Part shown: piece by piece, positions 9,611 to 17,443 of the stretch | Numbering within the stretch: position 1 is the stretch's first letter | Layout: each line of letters begins with the position of its first letter | DNA from: Deltaproteobacteria bacterium | GTDB lineage: Bacteria; JAGRBM01; JAHCIT01 | DNA length: 64,000 nucleotides | Direction of reading: 5' to 3' | Assembly (NCBI GenBank): GCA_026129095.1 | Contig: JAHCIT010000001.1 | Location: 310,245-374,244 of the forward strand | Notes under the pieces: model-generated | Told to the model about the DNA's origin: nothing | Database searches by the model: none | Seen by the model: only the letters and a program-made list of their open reading frames with translations | Program-made: the position numbers and the translations under genes

Positions 9611-11219
9611 GCGGAAACTCCCCTCAAGGAAGAAGACTGCCCGGAACGCCGGACTGGTTCAGGCGCTGACGCGCCTTAGCCAGTCGGTCTCGGCAGGACG
9701 GAACGGGGGTTCGATCGGCCGGGACTTCCGGGAACTGCTTGCCCGCCATTTCCCCGGCGTCCACATTGCCCTGATCATGCCGCAAGAGACGGCCGGCGTT
9801 GCGACGGTCGAATTCGGCTCTGGTCTGCTTCGCAAGGTGGAAGGAAAGCAGTTCCAAATTAACCAGATCGAGCGGACTTTTGGGCGCCCCCGTCCTGGTG
9901 ATGCCCCAAAGCTGATACGTGATCTGAGCTCTATCTCCCCTTATCGTCCTCTTACCCCTGATGCGAAGGCTCTTTGCATCATGGCGGTTGCGGGGCACTC
10001 GAGTCGTCTGGGTTATTTATGGGCTGAATTTTCAAATGATTCTTGGAAAGATACAGAACGTACAGGGGTTCTCCAACTCGCCGCCACCCAGTTCGCTGCC
10101 ATACAGAAGCTCCAGCGTCTTGGAACGGAGCGCGACCGGCTGAATGCCCGCCTCAACGGAATTATTCATAACACCAATGCTGCTATCGTTATTGTCGATG
10201 GCCAGCGCCGGGTGAAAATGATGAACCCAGTTGCCGAAAAGCTCACCGGTTACCGGGAATCCGAAGTTCTCGATACGGATGCCTTTGATATCGTGGTAGT
10301 GGATGCCCGGTATACCCGCTGGAGCAGGATTATTCATGAAGTCAGCAAAGGTTCCGCAGTTCCACCAGAGGAAGTGGACATTCTTGCGAAGGACGGATCC
10401 GTCCGGCGCTGGCTGGTAAACGCCGCACCAATTCCCGCAGCAGAAACCCGGAAAAAGGATATTGTGCTCGTCGCTATCGATATTACCGAGAAAGCGGATC
10501 TGGAGCGGCGAATGATCCAGTCGGAAAAGCTCGTAACGCTGGGGGAGATGGCCGCCGGCATTGTGCATGAACTGAATAATCCCCTCACGGTACTGAGTGG
10601 GGCGACCGACATGCTGCTTAAGCTGGTAGATTCGGTGGGCGGAGCGGAACTGGTAGCCCGGCCCGCACGGTTTGCGCGGGAATCGCTGGACCGTATCCAA
10701 CAGCTTGCACGGAACCTGATGAATTATGCCCGCCCCGGTGGCGACGAAGACCGGGAACTCGTGGATGTAAACCGGGCTATTGAAGCCGCCTTGTCGTTCA
10801 GCGAATACGAACTGTCCCGCGAGGGAGTGAAGATTGAGCCAAATCTCGGGAACCGGCTGCCACCAGTCCGGGGGTCGGGCAGCGAGTTACAGCAGATCAT
10901 TATCAATCTGCTTCAGAACGCCCGGCAGGCCATGCAAAGCCAGCCTGGTTCACGCAGGATCCGAGTCGAGACTGGCATGGAAGGCAACCAAGTCCGGATT
11001 ACGGTCTCTGATAGCGGCCCGGGAGTGCCCGAAAAACTTCAGCAACGGATTTTTGAGCCATTTTTTACCTCTCGCCGCAAGAGCGGAGGATCAGGGCTTG
11101 GGCTGTATATCGTGAAGAACATCGCCACCCGCCATGGCGGCGAAGTCCGGCTCGAGACACAAAGCCCCATCGGCGGTGCCGCATTCTCGGTTCTGCTTCC
11201 GGCAGAAGCCAAGGACTGA
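9603..11219 (+). CDS. Cytoplasmic sensor histidine kinase (GAF-like, PAS, HisKA, HATPase)
   Basis: PAS, IVHELNNPL, NLLQNARQA, DSGPGV and GSGLGL. ATG 9603 overlaps the upstream stop. Confidence 0.88.
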   Translation: MVERKLPSRKKTARNAGLVQALTRLSQSVSAGRNGGSIGRDFRELLARHFPGVHIALIMPQETAGVATVEFGSGLLRKVEGKQFQINQIERTFGRPRPGDAPKLIRDLSSISPYRPLTPDAKALCIMAVAGHSSRLGYLWAEFSNDSWKDTERTGVLQLAATQFAAIQKLQRLGTERDRLNARLNGIIHNTNAAIVIVDGQRRVKMMNPVAEKLTGYRESEVLDTDAFDIVVVDARYTRWSRIIHEVSKGSAVPPEEVDILAKDGSVRRWLVNAAPIPAAETRKKDIVLVAIDITEKADLERRMIQSEKLVTLGEMAAGIVHELNNPLTVLSGATDMLLKLVDSVGGAELVARPARFARESLDRIQQLARNLMNYARPGGDEDRELVDVNRAIEAALSFSEYELSREGVKIEPNLGNRLPPVRGSGSELQQIIINLLQNARQAMQSQPGSRRIRVETGMEGNQVRITVSDSGPGVPEKLQQRIFEPFFTSRRKSGGSGLGLYIVKNIATRHGGEVRLETQSPIGGAAFSVLLPAEAKD

Positions 11220-11226
11220 GAGTCAG

Positions 11227-12087
11227 TTATTCTGAAAGTATTTCGACCTTGTTACGGACGATGCGCAAGCGGCCGGCAAGATGAAGCTGGACAGCCCGAA
11301 GCAGTGTTTCGCCTTCAAGAGCCTGCCCTCGACGGATGATGTCCTCTATTTTTTCCTGTCCGCTCGTTTCCACAGCAAAAGCACTCTGGGCAATCACCGG
11401 ACCACGGTCGAGATCCGTTGTGACGTAATGGGCAGTGCAGCCCACGATCCGCGCACCGAACTGATGGGCCTGCCGGTAGGCCGATGCCCCAGGAAAGCTG
11501 GGTAGAAGAGACGGATGCAGGTTGATAATCCGCGACAGATACCGGAGTACAAATTTCGGACTCAGTATGCGCATGTAGCGGGCCAGTACAACGAGATCGA
11601 TATTCGCCCCCGAGAGAATCTCGAGTATTTTTCCCTCGTTAACCGCCTGGTTGCCGGTTTCGACATGATGAAACTGCAATCCGGCGTCCATTGCCAGTGG
11701 TGCCAGCGCATCAGTGGTCCCGATTACTGTGACGATATCCCCGTTGAGCTGCCCTGATTTCTGGGCTGCCAGCAGCGCGTTCAGGCAGGCGGGTTCCCGT
11801 GTCACCAGCACCCCTACACGAGCCCGCCGGGGTTGGTCGTGGTGATAAACCCTGAGCTCCATCTGGAGATCTTCAGCGGCAATCCGAAGGGCCTGGTCGA
11901 ACTCGGCACGAGGGACTTTCAGATCAGAAGCGTCCACCTCAAGTGTCATGGCGAATACCTGGTCCTGGACATGCTGCTCCAGGTCCTCGATATTGCCACC
12001 CGCCTTGAAGATTTCGCCCGTAAACCGGGCGATGACGCCTCTCTTGTCGGTGCCGACGACATTGATCTGGATTAATGGTCTTGCCAT
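11227..12087 (-). CDS. purU: Formyltetrahydrofolate deformylase
   Basis: N-terminal ACT domain (GTDKRGVIA), VVLARYMRILS, IINLHPSLLPSFPGA and TAHYVTTDLDRGPVI. Confidence 0.9.
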   Translation of the reverse strand: MARPLIQINVVGTDKRGVIARFTGEIFKAGGNIEDLEQHVQDQVFAMTLEVDASDLKVPRAEFDQALRIAAEDLQMELRVYHHDQPRRARVGVLVTREPACLNALLAAQKSGQLNGDIVTVIGTTDALAPLAMDAGLQFHHVETGNQAVNEGKILEILSGANIDLVVLARYMRILSPKFVLRYLSRIINLHPSLLPSFPGASAYRQAHQFGARIVGCTAHYVTTDLDRGPVIAQSAFAVETSGQEKIEDIIRRGQALEGETLLRAVQLHLAGRLRIVRNKVEILSE

Positions 12088-12136
12088 GACGAGCGGGTCC
12101 CTTAGCCGCTTCCGGCGCCGCAAGTCCACAAGCGGC

Positions 12137-12164
12137 TTGACTATACGGTTTATATACGTATCAT
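12137..12164 (+). promoter_or_regulatory. sigma70-type promoter giving a probably leaderless transcript
   Basis: TTGACT-16 nt-TATCAT, with the ATG 6 nt beyond the -10 element and no SD. Confidence 0.6.
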
Positions 12165-12170
12165 GCTTTC

Positions 12171-13184
12171 ATGCTTCGCCACATTTCAAATCCTCCGAAT
12201 CCGTGGCGATCATCGGAAGTCGAATGGCTGGGGCCGCCACCGGTGTCGGAACTCCACGTCTACGAGGAAAACGCCCGTTCCATCCTGAGCGAAAACGAAA
12301 GCCCCGACGTGGGCTTCCGGTGGAGCGTCAACCCTTACCGGGGCTGCCAGCATGCCTGCTCATACTGCTATGCCAGACCCTATCACCAATACATAGATTT
12401 CGGGGCCGGAACCGACTTCGATACCAGAATAGTGGTGAAGACAAATGCGCCGGAACTTCTGGATCGTGCTTTGGCGAAAAAGTCCTGGCTGGGCGAGCCC
12501 ATCGCCTTCTCCGGAATCACCGACTGTTACCAGCCCCTGGAGGCAAATTACCGTTTGACACGCCGCTGCATGGAAGTCTGTCTGCGGTGGGCGAATCCCG
12601 CAGGCATCGTGACCAAAAGCCTCCTGGTGCGACGTGATGCCGAACTGCTTGCAGAGCTGAATCGCATTGCACCGGTCAAGGTATTCATCAGCATTGCCTT
12701 TGGCTTGGCCGAACTGGCGCGTCTCATGGATCCTGGAGCTCCTTCGCCAGAGCGGCGAATTGAAACAATCGGAATTCTCGCTGATGCCGGTGTCCCCGTC
12801 GGCGTGGCCTTTGCCCCGGTCATCCCGGGACTGAACGACGACCAGATTCCCGATGTGCTCGGCAGGGCCCGCAGGGCCGGAGCCCGATGGTCATTTATTA
12901 CCCCAATCAGGTTGTCCCGGGAGGTGCTTCCCGTCTTTACCGAACGCATTCAAGCACTGCTTCCAGAGGCCCGGGTCCGGAAAATCCTCTCTGCGATACG
13001 CGCAATACGGGGAGGAAGACTGAATGATCCGGCATTTGGCTCACGAATGGAGGGCCAGGGCGAACGCTGGAAAGTCATCGAAGACCTTTTCGAAACCACC
13101 TGCCGCCGTCTTGGCCTGAATGCCGAGACAACAAACGACATCACCTGCCGGCATCCCCGGCCGGTACAGGGCTCGTTTTTCTAG
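12171..13184 (+). CDS. Radical SAM protein, PA0069/Rv2578c (SplB-related) family
   Basis: SPDVGFRWSVNPYRGCQHACSYCYARPYH (CxxxCxxC), TDCYQPLE and APVIPGLND. Confidence 0.88.
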   Translation: MLRHISNPPNPWRSSEVEWLGPPPVSELHVYEENARSILSENESPDVGFRWSVNPYRGCQHACSYCYARPYHQYIDFGAGTDFDTRIVVKTNAPELLDRALAKKSWLGEPIAFSGITDCYQPLEANYRLTRRCMEVCLRWANPAGIVTKSLLVRRDAELLAELNRIAPVKVFISIAFGLAELARLMDPGAPSPERRIETIGILADAGVPVGVAFAPVIPGLNDDQIPDVLGRARRAGARWSFITPIRLSREVLPVFTERIQALLPEARVRKILSAIRAIRGGRLNDPAFGSRMEGQGERWKVIEDLFETTCRRLGLNAETTNDITCRHPRPVQGSFF

Positions 13185-14434
13185 TACCGCTTCAGGACAG
13201 GGGGGGCCGGCTCGCACTTGCCATTGGCCTTGAGCGCACGGACCCATTTGGCGTAATCAATATCGGTAGCGGGAGTCATGACGCAGCCTTCCGGATATCC
13301 TGCCGGATGATCCCAGCGGCGGATCAGGTGTCCCAGCTCATGGGTCGTGTACCAGGCAAAATCATCAATGGCGGTAGCTTCCGGTGGGGATCCCCTCAGC
13401 TCATTGAATACGTCGTTATCCGCCACGAACGGATAAATACTCATCACCACCATGCCACCCAGCGGGCCTGGGCTCATGCTCGTGACACCGGTAGTAATGC
13501 CGCCGCGTAGTGATACAGGCCAGGTCGCCGTCATCTCGGCGCTGGCGACCGGAACATTGATGATTACCAGCTCATAGTCCTTCTGGCGGCGGGCAAGCCA
13601 GTCCCATGCTTCATACTGGAGATACTGATAGGCGCGAGCGAACACTTCCCGCCCATTCACATCGCGAATATCCAGTATCTTCTTTACCCAGTCCATGTGG
13701 TACTGAGCCACCAGTCGGACGCAGGTATCCTCATTCGTGCATTCCGAGCTTTTCAGTCCGAGACGCGGGTGGTCGCCAACGGCTTTCATCAGATCGGGCA
13801 GATCAACGGGTGGAACATTCGAGCGAAGCGCTTTCCGAAGCTTGTCCTCGGCGTCAAACTTGTCCTTGCGGAAATCATTGATCCGCTTCAGGCACCGGTC
13901 CGGATTGGTACACTGGGCAGCGATCTCTGCCGCATCTGCACCCGCCCGGACCTTTTCCATCATGGCGCTGACATCGGCCGGCTGCATATTGACCCTGAGT
14001 GCAACGGCAAGCGCATCGACAGAGCCTTCCTTGCGTGGATCAATGATCGTTTCCTGCTGGAGTTTCAGGAACTCATCCGCATAAATGTACCGCCGGAAAA
14101 AAATCTCCATCGGAACCCGGTCGGGTTCGGAAAACTGTATGTCAGCTTCCAGGTATGTCTTGGCCGTTTCCTTGAGGATTGCGAATATCCGGCGGACATC
14201 GCGATCAGACAGCACGGGCAAACCGGGAAGCTCGGCCAGCGCCACACGAATGTTCAGCGGGCGGCTGAGATCAAGCGGTCTCAGGTCCGGGAAACGGTCG
14301 ACGAATCCTCGCCGGTCCTGGACAGCGCATGCTGCGAAAACACCAGCGGCCACAAGTGCTGCCAGTGTCCAGGAAACCACGCTCCAGTGAATACGAAAGT
14401 CTTTCTCAGTCAGACGATGATACGATTTCTTCAA
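13181..14434 (-). CDS. Putative zinc metallopeptidase lipoprotein (metzincin-like)
   Basis: Hydrophobic signal with lipobox FAAC, C-terminal HELGHLIRRWDH and a CVM Met-turn-like motif. TTG start uncertain. Confidence 0.6.
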   Translation of the reverse strand: MKKSYHRLTEKDFRIHWSVVSWTLAALVAAGVFAACAVQDRRGFVDRFPDLRPLDLSRPLNIRVALAELPGLPVLSDRDVRRIFAILKETAKTYLEADIQFSEPDRVPMEIFFRRYIYADEFLKLQQETIIDPRKEGSVDALAVALRVNMQPADVSAMMEKVRAGADAAEIAAQCTNPDRCLKRINDFRKDKFDAEDKLRKALRSNVPPVDLPDLMKAVGDHPRLGLKSSECTNEDTCVRLVAQYHMDWVKKILDIRDVNGREVFARAYQYLQYEAWDWLARRQKDYELVIINVPVASAEMTATWPVSLRGGITTGVTSMSPGPLGGMVVMSIYPFVADNDVFNELRGSPPEATAIDDFAWYTTHELGHLIRRWDHPAGYPEGCVMTPATDIDYAKWVRALKANGKCEPAPPVLKRY

Positions 14435-15374
14435 TTTGCTGCCCCTGCCGTTCCAGCCGTTTCATGACCAGCACATCGCGGTCGATGAGCTTGCCAAAAT
14501 CCAGTCGCTCGCCGCGCCGGGTGAGGAGCAGCGTGCGCAATATCAGTTCGTAAACCTGCACATTATAGAGCACGGCCAGGTGGCCGATCTTTTTGAGCAG
14601 GATATTCTGTGCCTCCGAATAGGGCATCCGCGCATAGCTCGGCGGCCAGACCAGCGGATCGACATAACTGTACAGGCTTGTCCATGTAATGCCCGGAGGA
14701 AGCGGAAGCGCATTCAGTTCTCGCAGGAACCGCGATCCCGGAATCATCTGTATTCCGCTTTCACCAGCGATAGCAGGAAAGCCTGGCACCATACCCAATG
14801 CTGAAACCGCAATTTTATGTGCGTATCCGGCAACACCCGCATAACTGCCTTGATGAGGTGTCGCCAGAGTAATGACCTTTGATATTTTCCGCGTGATTCC
14901 CAGCTTCTGCGTCATGTAACGTGCCACCAGGCCGCCTTGCGAATGGCCGACGAGATAGACCTCCTCGGCATCCGTGTTTTTCATGACGTACTCAAAAATC
15001 TTCGCTTCATGCTCGGCTGAACGGCGGATATCCTGCGAGTACGGCTGATAGCCCCCTGAAACAGCAAAAACATCAAAAAGCGGGCTTTCGAGAAAATCCT
15101 CCAGACGCTCAAATCCCGCACGTGTCTGGAAGTAGCCATGATATAGAAAGGCTACACGCTTCTGGCCCTGATAGGCCTTAAGGCGGTTCTTCAGATATTT
15201 CTCTCCGAAGACAAACCGCTCGGTGAGCGCAACCGTGTGGTCCAGAACGTTCTTGGAAATATAATATCCCTCTCCAATAGTGCTGAGGAGCATCCGGACA
15301 TTGGAGAGCATGGGGCGCTGGTGTGTAAGCGGATTAACATCCTCGTTGGTCACCTGGACTTCAAACTGGATCAA
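14406..15374 (-). CDS. Alpha/beta-hydrolase (lipase/esterase)
   Basis: FLYHGY oxyanion motif, VGHSQGG nucleophile elbow, TLATPHQG, VDPLV and IGHL. TTG 15374 is preceded by GGGAGA. Confidence 0.82.
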   Translation of the reverse strand: MIQFEVQVTNEDVNPLTHQRPMLSNVRMLLSTIGEGYYISKNVLDHTVALTERFVFGEKYLKNRLKAYQGQKRVAFLYHGYFQTRAGFERLEDFLESPLFDVFAVSGGYQPYSQDIRRSAEHEAKIFEYVMKNTDAEEVYLVGHSQGGLVARYMTQKLGITRKISKVITLATPHQGSYAGVAGYAHKIAVSALGMVPGFPAIAGESGIQMIPGSRFLRELNALPLPPGITWTSLYSYVDPLVWPPSYARMPYSEAQNILLKKIGHLAVLYNVQVYELILRTLLLTRRGERLDFGKLIDRDVLVMKRLERQGQQIEEIVSSSD

Positions 15375-15722
15375 GGTTTGTCTCCCGCAATTGACGCCCG
15401 GTTCGCAGATTAATTCCAGCAGCCGCGATGCCAAATATGGAGGTAGTGTGGCACCCTGCGTTAAACTGCGTCAAACCCGTTTTGCCTCGAATAGCAGCGT
15501 ATTTAAACCAGCCCGCCAAAGGGGAGCCGGCCGGGAGGTTGTCCCAATACCCCGGCCTCAATGCCGCGATGCGCCTTGAAACCAGTTCACTCGTTCTGGC
15601 AAATTGAACCCATAATCGGAATACGCAGAGGCAGTCAGGCAGGGTGTGCGGGGAAGGCAGCCTTGGTCCACAAGGCCCCTTTGCCTTCCGATGGTCCAGG
15701 TAGTCGGGGGATTGAAGGCATC

Positions 15723-15950
15723 ATGACAGCATCAGACGGTGGAAATCCGTTCAAAAACCTATGGGAAAAACTGCCGGAAGGTTCTGCGTTTCGGGCAATT
15801 ATTGAACGTGCTGCCAGCTTCGTAACCGAACTGACTGAGGGCGCCGATCCCAGTTACGAGGAACCTGATACACCACCGACTGCCCCGGCGTCGAAGGACG
15901 ATCGCGGTGGGCCATCGTCCGGGCATGAGAGCCGCCGCTTTGGTGCCTGA
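15723..15950 (+). CDS. Small hypothetical protein (amphipathic helix plus acidic/Pro tail)
   Basis: ATG 15723 follows GAAGG. Sequence NPFKNLWEKLPEGSAFRAIIERAASFVTEL; fills an otherwise empty gap. Confidence 0.45.
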   Translation: MTASDGGNPFKNLWEKLPEGSAFRAIIERAASFVTELTEGADPSYEEPDTPPTAPASKDDRGGPSSGHESRRFGA

Positions 15951-15966
15951 TACAGGTACCGAATTC

Positions 15967-16419
15967 CTAATTGCCCCCGAGGTTGTTTAATAGAAATGCG
16001 GAAAGAAGCTCCTCGTCCGATTTGGACTCTTTAGGCGCTTCGACAACCTTTTCCTCGATCACCGGCGGAGGTTTTGCCGCTTCAACTTTGGCGCTCGCAC
16101 CGGATGCCAGCGGACGGCCCAAGTACCCCTGCTCTACGTCGTAAGCAATATCCTTGTATATGCACGAGTTCATGTAGGCTTCGGCACCCATCTGCTCAAG
16201 TTGCTTGACGGTTCTTACCTTGCCGATAAGCTGGTGCGGATCGGGTGAGCCGTCCGATGTCTTGACGAACCGGTACGCTTCATCGAGCATGAACTGGACG
16301 GTGACACCGGGCGCCTTGTTCACTGTCAGCACGTTTTCGGCGATGGCGATCTTCTTGCCTTCCGACCACGTATCAATGATCTGGTTGGAGAAAAATACCG
16401 GTTTGGCTGCTGTGGACAT
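15967..16419 (-). CDS. Conserved hypothetical protein
   Basis: Protein-like composition with a core ..LIGKVRTVKQLEQMGAEAYMNS..IAYDVEQGY and C-terminal SDEELLSAFLLN. Resembles a myxobacterial hypothetical family from memory. Confidence 0.7.
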   Translation of the reverse strand: MSTAAKPVFFSNQIIDTWSEGKKIAIAENVLTVNKAPGVTVQFMLDEAYRFVKTSDGSPDPHQLIGKVRTVKQLEQMGAEAYMNSCIYKDIAYDVEQGYLGRPLASGASAKVEAAKPPPVIEEKVVEAPKESKSDEELLSAFLLNNLGGN

Positions 16420-16616
16420 GATTAGGGTTGGGCCAGCTAAACCAATGTAACTGCTGGACTTTCTCAGGAACATCTATCTCTGGCGTGGACACCGTGCCCC
16501 GCCGAACGTGCCCTGTAAAGCTACTGCATGGAGCCCAAAAGGTCCAGCCGGACACGCTCCACCTTGCCACCCCTCTTGACCGGTCAGCCCCAACATGGAT
16601 ACGCGATTGGATTAGC

Positions 16617-17423
16617 ATGCCCGATTCCCGCCCCATTGGTATTTTTGATTCCGGCGTCGGCGGCCTGACGGTGCTCAAGGCACTCCGTACCCGGCTGCCG
16701 TCGGAGAGCTTTGTATACCTAGGCGACACGGCACGCGTTCCCTACGGAACCAAAAGTCCGGCAACCGTGATCCGTTACAGCCGTGAACTGGCCGGTTTGC
16801 TGCGCGACCGGAAAATAAAAGCGCTTGTCGTTGCCTGCAATACGGCAAGCGCGACCGCCATGGAAGCCCTGCGACACGATTTTTCGCTGCCGATGACAGG
16901 CGTCATTGAACCTGGTGCCGCCGCCGCGGTTGAAAGCACGAGATCCAGGTCCGTTCTGGTGCTTGCCACTCAGGCTACTGTCCAGAGTGGTGCCTATCGA
17001 AACGCCATCGCCGCACGCGATCCGGCTATCCGGATCTGGGAGCGCGCCTGTCCCCTGTTTGTCCCGCTAGCCGAGGAAGGCTGGACAGATGAAGTTGTGA
17101 CACAACTTGTCGCTGAACGTTATATCGGGGATCTCAGGCGGGATCCCATAGACACTGTGGTGCTGGGCTGCACCCATTATCCGATTCTGCGCGGCATGAT
17201 CGAGAGGGCAGTAAGGCCGGGAACAGCCATCGTCGACTCGGCTGAAACGACCTCCCGCGCCGTTGAAAAACTCCTGCGGCTGAATGCACTCGATGCGCCG
17301 CCGGGATCCTTATCTGCATGCCGTTTTCTTGTTACCGACTCTCCTGAAAGGTTTCGTTCCGTTGGCGAACGGTTCCTCGGAACTCCGCTCGCCGAAGTCG
17401 AGGAAATCCGGGTGGGCGGCTGA
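16617..17423 (+). CDS. murI: Glutamate racemase
   Basis: PIGIFDSGVGGLTV, GDTARVPYG, VVACNTAS and VLGCTHYP. Confidence 0.96.
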   Translation: MPDSRPIGIFDSGVGGLTVLKALRTRLPSESFVYLGDTARVPYGTKSPATVIRYSRELAGLLRDRKIKALVVACNTASATAMEALRHDFSLPMTGVIEPGAAAAVESTRSRSVLVLATQATVQSGAYRNAIAARDPAIRIWERACPLFVPLAEEGWTDEVVTQLVAERYIGDLRRDPIDTVVLGCTHYPILRGMIERAVRPGTAIVDSAETTSRAVEKLLRLNALDAPPGSLSACRFLVTDSPERFRSVGERFLGTPLAEVEEIRVGG

Positions 17424-17443
17424 AACGAAAGCCGGATGGCGCC

